A stretch of DNA of 49,190 nt from a virus, in the IMG/VR virus record IMGVR_UViG_3300045988_172164; one strand, 5' to 3'. Under the pieces are notes generated by a model. The model ran no database searches, was not told the DNA's origin, and saw nothing but the letters and a program-made list of their open reading frames with translations. Shown in pieces: positions 40,582 to 49,190 of the stretch (the stretch's first letter is position 1; every line of letters begins with the position of its first letter). A program made the position numbers and the translations under genes.

Positions 40582-43500
40582 TTAATTTTTAATTATACGT
40601 TTAACATTTCTGTGCTGCATTACGACTGTACCATTTGGCATAGTATAATACCTTGTTTCATTTTGTTGTCTTATACTTCTCACGTCATCTTCAAGTTTGG
40701 AAAGGTCTATGTTGCCATTAGCATTCAAAGATATATTTAACCCATCTGAACCGTCAAATGCTTTCAGATATTTATCTTCAAATGTACCTTTATTAAAACT
40801 ATCAATGACATCAGGTAGTATTTTACGATACTTTCTTGTTTTATGCTTATTTATGATAGCAAGTGCTTCACCGCCTTCAGCTCTCATTCTCTTGCCTTTT
40901 TTATTACTTGTTCCCAGGTCAATATCATCACCAGATGCATGAGAGCCTCCTTCCAAGAACTCAAGACCACCTTCACCATATTCTTCAGATTGGCTTGCAG
41001 TTACTTGTTTTGCTTTAATCTTAGCTACCGCAAATGAAGTCCACATTGTAGCAATGGCCGCTAATGCAAGAGCTGGACCTACAATAGGTATTGAGGAGAA
41101 TGAGCTCCATAAGTTAGCAGATGCTGTAATAAGTGAAGATGCTTGAATTACAGTATTAAGAGTCTCTTGACGTTTTTGAGCGGCTTCAAGCATTTTTTGT
41201 TTTTCTTGCTGTCTTTTCTTTTCTTGCTCAAGTTCTTTTTTAGCTGTAGCTACATTATTAGCATAGCCGTTATTACGAGCTTCAACTTCCGCGTCATAGG
41301 CTTTTTGTGCAGCTTCTACTCGTTTCTCTGCAAGTTCAACTTGCTTTTCAGCTAATTCAACTTCAGCATCTAATATAGCCTGGAACTGTTCAAGCACTAT
41401 ATTAACAGCATCTTTTAATGCATCAATCTGGTCATCATCAAAGCCAAGCTTCTCTAATAGACTACCACCAAGACCTTTTTTACCTATATTAGAAATAAAG
41501 TCATCAAGTTCAGACAACTCTCTATCAATACCTTTTACAGTAGATTTTGCTGCATCTATTTGAGCTTGGCTCCAATCAAGTCCACCAGACTCAGCAAGTT
41601 CTATCTGCTTTTCCAATCTAGCTTTTTCCTGTTCAAGCTTAAATCGAGTTATTTCTGTCTCACTTCGCTTTATTTCATTAAATATAGCTTTATCTAAAGC
41701 TTGCTGCTCATCAAAACCTTTCATCTTAAATGAGCCTTTTATTTGAGCTGCAGATTTATCAAATTGAGCATTTATCACAGAGCTACTTACTTGCTTAGCA
41801 GCAGGTTTAGCAGCATTTTCAGCTAATGCTAATTGCCTACGTACTTCATTTTGTTGTAGCAGTAATTGCAACTCTTCCTCTGTGCCTTTTTTTACAAGTT
41901 CAAGCTGATTTTCAATATCACGCTCTCTGGCCCTGAGTATTTGCTTATCATAATCAGCATATAACTTAAGTTTTTTCTTATTAAACTCAATAAGTATTTC
42001 TTCCTCAGACCTTGCACGCTTATCTCCAGCTGCTAATAATTTAGCATTTGTTAATATTACTAATTGATATTCTGCTTCAAGATTTTGTCTCATTAATTCT
42101 CTTTCTTCTACCAATGAGGCTTCCATCTGAGAAGCATCTCGAGTAACAATCACATCAGTAGTAGTAATAGCTGCATCATCATATGAATAGAATGATGATG
42201 CGTCTAATCCTGTCTGAGTTTCGCGCTGAAGTCTAAGAGAATTAGCAGCCTGTTCTCTTTGTATTTGCTCTAATTGAAGTGCTAAAGCTTTAAGATTATT
42301 TGCTATAGTATTATTTATCCAAGCATTCTGCTGTGCTATTTGTCTCTTTTGGTCTTCAGTAAGTTTCTTATATTTGCCATCTACATTTCGTACGTATTCA
42401 TCATTCTTACGAAGCATTTCCCTGAGCTTATTATTCTCATTCTGTACTTCATCAGCTGCTGTTTTACGTCTTTTAGCAAATTCATCTTTCTGTAAAGCCG
42501 TTATACTCTCTTCATATTCTTTTTGTGCCTTTATGCTATTTTGGTTAATAATACTAGTAAGGTCACGTGGTTCTCTTGTACGTGTCCTAGTTTTTGTCTT
42601 CTTATGAGGTTCATCAACACCTGCAGCATTAAGTTCAGCTTTAGCAGCAGCTTCATAGCCAGCTGCCAAATCAAAATATGCGTCACCTGTTTTTTCAGCA
42701 GCCGTAGCTTCATCATTCAAATCCTTAATTCGTTGCTGCTTAAAGCTTTCAGCAGACACTTGGTCTGCTACTTGCAGATTAGCTTGGGGAACATATCCAG
42801 TTTGAGGGTCACCTGCCCTAAGAGACGTTTGCACAAACCAATTCTTAAATTGGTCCCAACCGGATGTGCCTTTAGCAGCTTCTGTTTCGGCTTTATTTCT
42901 TGCAACTAATGCTTTTTCATATTGCTCAGCTGCAAGCTTCTGAGCTGCTGCAGCTTTTGCTCTAAGTTTAAGAGCATTAACAACAGCTTCAGTATTATTT
43001 ACAAAGATGTTCTCAGCATCAGTTACATCATTAACAGCGACGCCAAGTTTATCAAATTCTGACTTGTTATCTTTAATCCACTGATTTTTTTCAGCCGTGG
43101 TTTTAAGATTTTTCCATTCTTGCTGTAATTGCTTAAGCGATACTATATTATCACCATAACTTGCATTTGTGCTTTCTAGTTCTTTAGCTATATTATCAAG
43201 AGCTTCAGTTGTAGAAATAACAGCATTTTTGGCCTTGAACAAATTGCCTATCCATTCAATGATTTGGCCACCAAACATTGAGAATACAGTAAGTAAAATT
43301 ACTAATGCGGTATTCCAGCCAAACAAAGCCTTAACAATAGACTTTGTCACATTTACTGTAGCTTTACCTTCTGCTTGAAGAGCTTTATTTTGAGCGCGCA
43401 AACGGTTAATCTCATCAACAACCATAGGAATGTTGTTTGAGATACCTAAGAAGAATGTATTAAGTGAAACTGCAGCTGCAGGAAGTTCTCGAACTACCTG

Positions 43501-44517
43501 AGATACTGATATTCCTAAACCATCCCATGTTTTCTGATAATGGCCTACAGATAATCTATAGTTACCAGTTGCTTCTTGTAACTTAATCATCTGCTGGTAT
43601 ATTGCAGCAGTTTCAGTCTCAAGCTTTTTACCGCTATCTGCAGCTTCTCTTTCAGCCTGAGACATCTGATTAAGCTTTATTTTATTCAGCTCATACTGCG
43701 CTGAAAGTCTATTATACGACCCTTCTGCAGAAGCTGCTATTGTTGCTTGAAGTTGAGCAACTCTATTTGCTTCTTTTATTTGAGTTGAATACAGCTTTAA
43801 TTGCTGATTTTCTTCAGACTGTGCATAAGCTAATTTCTGTTGTGCCTGAGCTATAGGGTCAATAGTAGCTTGTTGCTGCTTTCTAGAAGAAGTCAGCTCA
43901 GATATTTTTCTTTTTAATTCTGTAAGTCGCTTGCCTTCATCTGATTGCAAATAAGCTAACCTCTGCTCAGCTTTTTCAACTTCAGATAAAGTTTGAATAT
44001 GCGGCTTCATGGTATCATCAAGAGCCTTAATTTGATTTTTAAGGTTGATAATATCATTCAAAAGCTGTTGGCCCATTTGGCTATCTGCTCTTTCTGCATC
44101 TGTAAGAGACTTATATAATGACACAGCTTCTTTTAAATCGGATTTAAGCCTATCATAAGACGATACAGCTTGTTGCAAATAGCGCTGCTGTTCTACAGTA
44201 GTTCTATTTGCATCTGCTGTTTGAGCTTTAAGCCATGCTATCTGTTTACCAGTATCTGATATAGCAAGCTTAAGCTCGTTCTGTGCCCGTTCAAGCCTTG
44301 ATGTAGAAGCTGTGGCTTCATCAATGCTTTTACGCCCATCACTTGTAGCTCCACTAACAGACTTAAGAGCGTGCACAACTCTATCTGCGCCTGCTCTTAT
44401 AGCATTCACCATGACTTCATACTGCTGATTGAGCTCTCCTAATTGCTTTACAAGTTTTTCAATAGAGTCATCCGGCTGTATTATGTCACTATATTTTATT
44501 TTATCGTCTTCAGCCAT
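40582..44517 (-). CDS. tail tape measure protein
   Basis: 1311 aa, overwhelmingly coiled-coil, with internal hydrophobic segments (TALVILLTVFSMFGG, IVGPALALAAIATMWTSFAV). It is the largest gene in the tail module. Confidence 0.8.
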   Translation of the reverse strand: MAEDDKIKYSDIIQPDDSIEKLVKQLGELNQQYEVMVNAIRAGADRVVHALKSVSGATSDGRKSIDEATASTSRLERAQNELKLAISDTGKQIAWLKAQTADANRTTVEQQRYLQQAVSSYDRLKSDLKEAVSLYKSLTDAERADSQMGQQLLNDIINLKNQIKALDDTMKPHIQTLSEVEKAEQRLAYLQSDEGKRLTELKRKISELTSSRKQQQATIDPIAQAQQKLAYAQSEENQQLKLYSTQIKEANRVAQLQATIAASAEGSYNRLSAQYELNKIKLNQMSQAEREAADSGKKLETETAAIYQQMIKLQEATGNYRLSVGHYQKTWDGLGISVSQVVRELPAAAVSLNTFFLGISNNIPMVVDEINRLRAQNKALQAEGKATVNVTKSIVKALFGWNTALVILLTVFSMFGGQIIEWIGNLFKAKNAVISTTEALDNIAKELESTNASYGDNIVSLKQLQQEWKNLKTTAEKNQWIKDNKSEFDKLGVAVNDVTDAENIFVNNTEAVVNALKLRAKAAAAQKLAAEQYEKALVARNKAETEAAKGTSGWDQFKNWFVQTSLRAGDPQTGYVPQANLQVADQVSAESFKQQRIKDLNDEATAAEKTGDAYFDLAAGYEAAAKAELNAAGVDEPHKKTKTRTRTREPRDLTSIINQNSIKAQKEYEESITALQKDEFAKRRKTAADEVQNENNKLREMLRKNDEYVRNVDGKYKKLTEDQKRQIAQQNAWINNTIANNLKALALQLEQIQREQAANSLRLQRETQTGLDASSFYSYDDAAITTTDVIVTRDASQMEASLVEERELMRQNLEAEYQLVILTNAKLLAAGDKRARSEEEILIEFNKKKLKLYADYDKQILRARERDIENQLELVKKGTEEELQLLLQQNEVRRQLALAENAAKPAAKQVSSSVINAQFDKSAAQIKGSFKMKGFDEQQALDKAIFNEIKRSETEITRFKLEQEKARLEKQIELAESGGLDWSQAQIDAAKSTVKGIDRELSELDDFISNIGKKGLGGSLLEKLGFDDDQIDALKDAVNIVLEQFQAILDAEVELAEKQVELAEKRVEAAQKAYDAEVEARNNGYANNVATAKKELEQEKKRQQEKQKMLEAAQKRQETLNTVIQASSLITASANLWSSFSSIPIVGPALALAAIATMWTSFAVAKIKAKQVTASQSEEYGEGGLEFLEGGSHASGDDIDLGTSNKKGKRMRAEGGEALAIINKHKTRKYRKILPDVIDSFNKGTFEDKYLKAFDGSDGLNISLNANGNIDLSKLEDDVRSIRQQNETRYYTMPNGTVVMQHRNVKRIIKN

Positions 44518-44519
44518 AA

Positions 44520-45296
44520 TTATTTCTTACGTTTATTACGTTTCAAACTCTTTGCCTCAGCTTCTGCTTGAGCTTTTATATTATCGATAGCATTATAGAA
44601 TTGAAGCACTGTCATCTTTCTAGCATCTATGCTTGTTTTTTGAGCTATAAGTAAACAAGTACTTTCAAACTGCTTATCATATTTAACCTCAGCAGACTCA
44701 CTTCCTATATACGTTTTTGGTGTATGCATATTAAGCATCATTATATCTATAGCCTCAATTTGCTCTGAGTTATCAGTATCATTTATAACTGAGTCTAATA
44801 CAAGAAGTGTTCTAGCTTTAAGCTTGTCATAAGCTTCTTTTTCCTTTGGATTTACAAAATCGCCTGGAAAGTATATTTCTAGTTCACTTGTGACTTTTTT
44901 TTTAAGCCACAAAAGAAAATCTATGACTTTAGAATGCTTAATCTCTTTAAGGTCCTGAAGTAGTTTTTTAAGCCCATCATCTGACAAATCATTAACTTCT
45001 TTTCCGTCCACACTATGTATAAGAGCAGCAAAAGCTAAATACTTTGGTGATATTTCACTGTTTACCATGTAGATATTCTGCCGCATATTTTGCAATTCCT
45101 GCAAAGCCTTTCTATTATTATTTGATTTTATATACTTTGCTATCTTTACTATATGAGCATCAATATCATCTGCATCTGACCCAATGCCTGAGTCAATAAG
45201 CAGATATTTATTGTATTTTTGAAAATTTATGATTGGCATTTCATCTATGCTATCATAAACCCGCACAATTTTCTTATTTATAAGTAGGCTTTTCAT
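44520..45296 (-). CDS. hypothetical protein (possible tail assembly chaperone by position)
   Basis: 258 aa, directly upstream of the tape measure gene. Confidence 0.4.
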   Translation of the reverse strand: MKSLLINKKIVRVYDSIDEMPIINFQKYNKYLLIDSGIGSDADDIDAHIVKIAKYIKSNNNRKALQELQNMRQNIYMVNSEISPKYLAFAALIHSVDGKEVNDLSDDGLKKLLQDLKEIKHSKVIDFLLWLKKKVTSELEIYFPGDFVNPKEKEAYDKLKARTLLVLDSVINDTDNSEQIEAIDIMMLNMHTPKTYIGSESAEVKYDKQFESTCLLIAQKTSIDARKMTVLQFYNAIDNIKAQAEAEAKSLKRNKRKK

Positions 45297-45565
45297 ATCA
45301 AAATTCGCGTTATAGGGGTTGATATTATTGGAATAAATAAGATATTCATCTCTCTAAAGAAAATAGCGAGAATGACAGCGAGAATGAGCGACGTCCAAAA
45401 ACTTAAGCAAAAATCACAATCGAATAATTGAGAAATTAGCTTAGGTGCTTTGGCAATTATATTGTCTCTTATACCTAATTTTCCAATCAGCAATATGACG
45501 AATGCTGCTGCTAAGGCTATATATATTAAAGCTGAAAGCAATGTTATAAAATATATCGTTGACAT
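45293..45565 (-). CDS. small polytopic membrane protein inside the tail module
   Basis: 90 aa with three hydrophobic helices and a CDFCLSFW motif. Confidence 0.5.
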   Translation of the reverse strand: MSTIYFITLLSALIYIALAAAFVILLIGKLGIRDNIIAKAPKLISQLFDCDFCLSFWTSLILAVILAIFFREMNILFIPIISTPITRILI

Positions 45566-46179
45566 AATTCTCTAGTTGTTAAAGTGAACTCAATTCTAAT
45601 TCCTGCATAAGGGTACATAAAGAATTGTTTATCAATATCTTGTATGCCTTCTCCTTTATAAGTATAGTTGTTATATATTTTTTCTATAGAGTACCCTTTA
45701 TATATGTTCTCAAAGCGCTCGTATATATCATTGATAACGAATTTACCTGTAGTTGTAATAATACCAGGGGTTGTTAATATTCGTATTATTTCATCTTTAA
45801 TTTCCTCAGTATGAAGTACTGTTTCATCATCATAGATACTGCTTAAATCATACCAGAATATAATGGCCCCGCTGAAAGTATACTGAGGCAAAGATTGCAC
45901 TACTTGAGTAATTTTTTGTGGGTCATATATATCAAACCATGAAAAGTTACCAAAGTTATCATTGGGCAAAAGTGATACATATTCTCCATTACCATTGTAT
46001 GATGCTGGATATATGAATTTATTGCCATCGGGCCTGTGCTCTACAAGCTTGTAAGCTCTTCCAAATGCACAATTAAGCCACTTAAGCTTTTCCATAAGCG
46101 ACTTTTGCACATCCTGCAATACCTTATCAAGTAGTACAGGATTATCTTTATATCTTATTTGTACAGAACTTTCTTTCAT
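45544..46179 (-). CDS. hypothetical virion protein (neck/tail)
   Basis: 211-aa ORF in the structural operon. Confidence 0.5.
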   Translation of the reverse strand: MKESSVQIRYKDNPVLLDKVLQDVQKSLMEKLKWLNCAFGRAYKLVEHRPDGNKFIYPASYNGNGEYVSLLPNDNFGNFSWFDIYDPQKITQVVQSLPQYTFSGAIIFWYDLSSIYDDETVLHTEEIKDEIIRILTTPGIITTTGKFVINDIYERFENIYKGYSIEKIYNNYTYKGEGIQDIDKQFFMYPYAGIRIEFTLTTRELCQRYIL

Positions 46180-46643
46180 TATCTTATGACTCTTTTTAAC
46201 CGTTTAACAAGCTCTTTTCTTATGTGGGAGCGGATTATTCTTGTAAAGTTTTTATCTGTCAGCCTGAATATTTCTTCTCCATATTTTTCAACAAGGTATT
46301 GAGTTTTTTCATCGCTTGCTGTTATATAAAATCCTTCTGAGTCAAAAACTACAAACATGGAATTGTGAAATTCACCTGTATCTCTTAATGTAACCCGAGT
46401 TGTCGGTTGGCCTTTCCTCTTTTTGTTTTTTATAGTTTTAGGTGCATAAGGCATATAATCCATAATCTTTTCACCTCGGCCGTTGATACCTCTACGATAC
46501 AGCTGGTCATCCGCTATTGCAGATACTATCACGTCCTCTTTATCACGAATAATATCTTCCAATAGTATAGGCAGACTATCTTTAAATGCTCTCAGGCGAT
46601 ATTCAAGATTGCGAAGCGTCGTATTATACCTTTTTACAGCCAT
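46179..46643 (-). CDS. hypothetical head-tail joining protein (HK97 gp10-like by size and position, weak)
   Basis: 154-aa ORF with a 1-nt overlap with the next gene. Confidence 0.4.
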   Translation of the reverse strand: MAVKRYNTTLRNLEYRLRAFKDSLPILLEDIIRDKEDVIVSAIADDQLYRRGINGRGEKIMDYMPYAPKTIKNKKRKGQPTTRVTLRDTGEFHNSMFVVFDSEGFYITASDEKTQYLVEKYGEEIFRLTDKNFTRIIRSHIRKELVKRLKRVIR

Positions 46644-46644
46644 A

Positions 46645-48522
46645 CTATATAGTTCTATATTTTATACCGTTATTTTTACAAGGAAGACAGACTCTGTCTA
46701 TTCCTTCAGTACTAAGCTTAATTGCTTTAAATGCCATATCGAGTTGATAACTAAGACCTGATTTTTTCATAGATGAAGAGTCACCATCAACTTCATATAG
46801 AATATCAAGTCTAGAAGCATTTATTGAATGCCTATTTGTACGCGCATTGGCATTATAGGCAAATTCACGGAGCATATCCACCGCTACTTGTTTTGCTATA
46901 ACATCCTGAAATAGCATTCGCTGCTCAATTATAAAGTCTGTAATATCACAGCTTATTGTTATTTCAAGATTTAAACCATAGTTGTTATCATAAGTATATT
47001 GGTTGTTTTCAACGTCCCACAAATGTGGTTCTTCTTCTATCTCAACCAATTCCTCGTTAACAAAAAACGGGTGTACTTCTATATATTTAGACCAAGCCAT
47101 CCAAGCTAATAGCTCTTTACGTGAGCATGAACCACACGGCTCTTTAGACCAGTCTTTATCCTTTCTTATAGCTTGGCTGCCTTCTGGAAGTTCAGATTGA
47201 AAATAGCACAAATACCAGCTACCACCGGCGTCATTATCTTCACTTTGATAAGGCAAATACACATCATTAAGTGAAAACCATTCTGTGCTGTTTTTACGTA
47301 TCTTATTAAGTTTTATTACCTTAATAGGCACATTCATGCTAGAATGCATAAGATATAAAGTATATTCACCAGGCTCTGTAAATTGTAAACCTATTTTATT
47401 GATTTTTGTAGTTACGCCTTTTGCTCTTACAGGCACAACCTCAAAGCCAACTAGATTTTTTTTGTTTTTTACAACATCTACTAAACGGCCAGTACCGTCA
47501 AATAGAGTTCTGTTTTCGCACAAAGCCTTATATGTACCTTGTGCAATTTTTTCATTACAATATCTAGCAATAGCTTTTTGAATACTAGCTTTAGTTTTAC
47601 TTTCAAGCCATTCAGAAAATGGATTAGTTTCGGCCCAGTACTCAGATTCTAACCTATCTAATTCATCTAATGCTATAATACTTAGGTCATCAAAATATAT
47701 CGTGGCTTCTTTTTCTACTTTTATGTTGCCTGTGATAAAAGCTGTATCGTAGTATTCATATTCAGGAACATTTACTACAAACTTATATAATCTATATTCT
47801 TCGGTGCAATATAAATAATCAGAATATGTAAAAACAGCACTGCCTCCATCATTAGAACAATAAGATAGTCCGAGTTTAAACATTTTATTTCGCTGATTAC
47901 CGGGAATGCTACCGTAATCAGCAAGCTTTGCATATACGCTTATTTCATAATTACCGCCTCTAGTTATTTTTATTTTTTCAGTTTGTAGCCTAGTATTTGA
48001 AGAAGTAAGTCTTATTGCATGTTTACCAGAATGGCTATTTCCCGAAACTATAACTTTTGAACTCTGAATAGAATTATAGCCACTTTTTAAATTAAAGAAC
48101 TTAGCCTGTGTAGAGTCGGTGGTTACATCACTAATTAGTGTCTGGTGCACACCGTTGCTGTATACTTCTTGCTGTTCTATATCAGTAAATTCTTCGAATG
48201 AAGCATTTTTTACAAGGTTAATTCTACACGGGGCTACTCCTTTACACAGCTTTATCGCTTTAAATAATCTATTATCATATTTTACTACATTACCTTTAGA
48301 ATATGATTTTTCTGCATCATATTCCTCAAAAGTCGTATTCTTAAAATCTGGAGCAATACAAGACATATTCTGCAAGGTCAGCAGTGGGTGAATTTGCTGA
48401 AAGTATAAGCCACTTTCGCTCGCAGTTAAAGCATCAGATATTTTTAAGTCTGATGTGTCATAATTTTGCTCCCACCCTATTAGATGAAGCAGCTTTTCTT
48501 GTATATCTAGAGCTCTAACCAT
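46645..48522 (-). CDS. virion structural protein with an inserted CBM4/9-like beta-sandwich segment (putative)
   Basis: 625 aa. INLVKNASFEEF...GKHAIRLTS...IYFDDLSI resembles carbohydrate-binding-module signatures. It is the first gene after the capsid terminator. Confidence 0.4.
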   Translation of the reverse strand: MVRALDIQEKLLHLIGWEQNYDTSDLKISDALTASESGLYFQQIHPLLTLQNMSCIAPDFKNTTFEEYDAEKSYSKGNVVKYDNRLFKAIKLCKGVAPCRINLVKNASFEEFTDIEQQEVYSNGVHQTLISDVTTDSTQAKFFNLKSGYNSIQSSKVIVSGNSHSGKHAIRLTSSNTRLQTEKIKITRGGNYEISVYAKLADYGSIPGNQRNKMFKLGLSYCSNDGGSAVFTYSDYLYCTEEYRLYKFVVNVPEYEYYDTAFITGNIKVEKEATIYFDDLSIIALDELDRLESEYWAETNPFSEWLESKTKASIQKAIARYCNEKIAQGTYKALCENRTLFDGTGRLVDVVKNKKNLVGFEVVPVRAKGVTTKINKIGLQFTEPGEYTLYLMHSSMNVPIKVIKLNKIRKNSTEWFSLNDVYLPYQSEDNDAGGSWYLCYFQSELPEGSQAIRKDKDWSKEPCGSCSRKELLAWMAWSKYIEVHPFFVNEELVEIEEEPHLWDVENNQYTYDNNYGLNLEITISCDITDFIIEQRMLFQDVIAKQVAVDMLREFAYNANARTNRHSINASRLDILYEVDGDSSSMKKSGLSYQLDMAFKAIKLSTEGIDRVCLPCKNNGIKYRTI

Positions 48523-48540
48523 AGTTTCTATTATTTATTG

Positions 48541-48583
48541 AAAAACAGGAGGCCACTGAAGTAATTTACCTCAGCGCCTCCTG
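48541..48583 (-). terminator. rho-independent terminator after the capsid gene
   Basis: On the minus strand, CAGGAGGC...GCCTCCTG (8-bp GC-rich stem with possible inner pairing) is followed by TTTTTC. Confidence 0.75.
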
Positions 48584-48621
48584 CCAAAGCTAATAACAAC
48601 TCAAAGATTTGCTATTAAGTA

Positions 48622-49190
48622 TTATGCACCAGCGGCCGCCTTGGTATTAACCGGATTTTCTTCCGTGTTAACAACTACTACAGGCTTAGCATAGATAGCA
48701 TCTTCACTTGAAACATTGAATGCCAAGATAGGACTAGGCAATGTAGCAGCATTACTATTGTAAGCAGTAAGGAATGCAACATCTACAGCAAAGCCATAGT
48801 GCTCCTTGCGAGTGCGGGTCATATCTGCGGTAGCAGCTCCTGCGATAGCATTGTAGTCGCCTACAGAGTCGTAGAAGTATGTACCAACAGGCATGTTAAG
48901 CAAAGGCAGAGTTGCGATACCCCACTCATGACCATCGCCAGACACAGTGCCAAGCAAGCAGTCGCGCTCGAAACGAGTCAACATACCGAGTGAACCAGCA
49001 TTTACTGCATAACCCTGAGCATACTTGCCTTCAGAAGCAGCGATGTTGTTAGTAAGGTGAACAATCTTGTTGCCAAACTCATTCTGCTTGTTTACAGCAT
49101 TGTAAAGTCCATGCTGCTCAAGTTTACGCATAATTGACTCAACACCAGGGTCACCTACAATGTGCAACTGACCATAGAAGTCATTTGCTC
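48622..49190 (-). CDS. major capsid protein, C-terminal part (last 36 nt duplicate positions 1..36)
   Basis: The frame is continuous with 1..583 across the junction (…GQLHIVGDPGVES…). The ORF-track 'M' at 49167 is a TTG inside the gene. Confidence 0.6.
   Translation of the reverse strand, partial: ANDFYGQLHIVGDPGVESIMRKLEQHGLYNAVNKQNEFGNKIVHLTNNIAASEGKYAQGYAVNAGSLGMLTRFERDCLLGTVSGDGHEWGIATLPLLNMPVGTYFYDSVGDYNAIAGAATADMTRTRKEHYGFAVDVAFLTAYNSNAATLPSPILAFNVSSEDAIYAKPVVVVNTEENPVNTKAAAGA

Noticed and set aside
45363-45385. Two more GCGAGAAT copies (agcgagaatgacagcgagaatg)
   Set aside because: They lie inside the membrane-protein gene and simply encode the repeated peptide LILAVILA (ATT CTC GC). 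I therefore did not count them as regulatory boxes.
1-49190. Diversity-generating retroelement, retron or other reverse-transcriptase system linked to the repeats and GC-rich island
   Set aside because: No ORF shows reverse-transcriptase motifs (no YxDD-containing candidate). I also found no template/variable repeat pair matching a tail-fiber C-terminus.

Overview
This window is a complete, circularly closed phage genome. Its first 36 nt are identical to its last 36 nt, so the unit length is about 49,154 bp, and the major capsid gene is split across the junction.

The phage is AT-rich, roughly 33-35% GC by hand count. It is a tailed dsDNA phage with a 1,311-aa tape-measure protein, so it is siphovirus-like.

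The host is almost certainly a Bacteroidota. Intergenic regions carry repeated -7 boxes of the TAnnTTTG type, with TTTC placed 19 nt upstream, and start codons lack Shine-Dalgarno sequences.

About 55 genes lie on the minus strand, in two long leftward series:
- **Series 1 (30532 down to 13805):** replication genes, a nucleotide-metabolism or DNA-modification island, and an orphan OmpR-type regulator. The replication genes are a Cas4-like nuclease, a DUF2815-like SSB, family A DNA polymerase, AEP primase with a VirE-type helicase, VRR-NUC, HNH and SNF2.
- **Series 2 (8231 down through the junction to 30905):** packaging, head, tail and lysis genes.

Six or seven GC-richer early genes (about 48-55% GC) lie on the plus strand at 9488-13748. 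They sit behind arrays of near-identical promoters.

The least ordinary content is listed below:
- A T4 gp42-like dCMP hydroxymethylase island predicts non-canonical DNA.
- The phage encodes a response regulator whose phospho-acceptor Asp is replaced.
- A GCGAGAAT box is strongly over-represented in front of the minus-strand operons.
- Two paralogous iteron, palindrome and promoter cassettes lie 22 kb apart.
- A GC-rich structured non-coding island sits at 8741-9000.
- A pair of convergent promoter-like 18-mers lies inside a degenerate 210-bp tandem duplication.
- A tRNA gene has canonical acceptor, D and T arms but a 28-nt anticodon arm.

All functional calls come from motif recognition by eye and from memory of family signatures. 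No database search was run.
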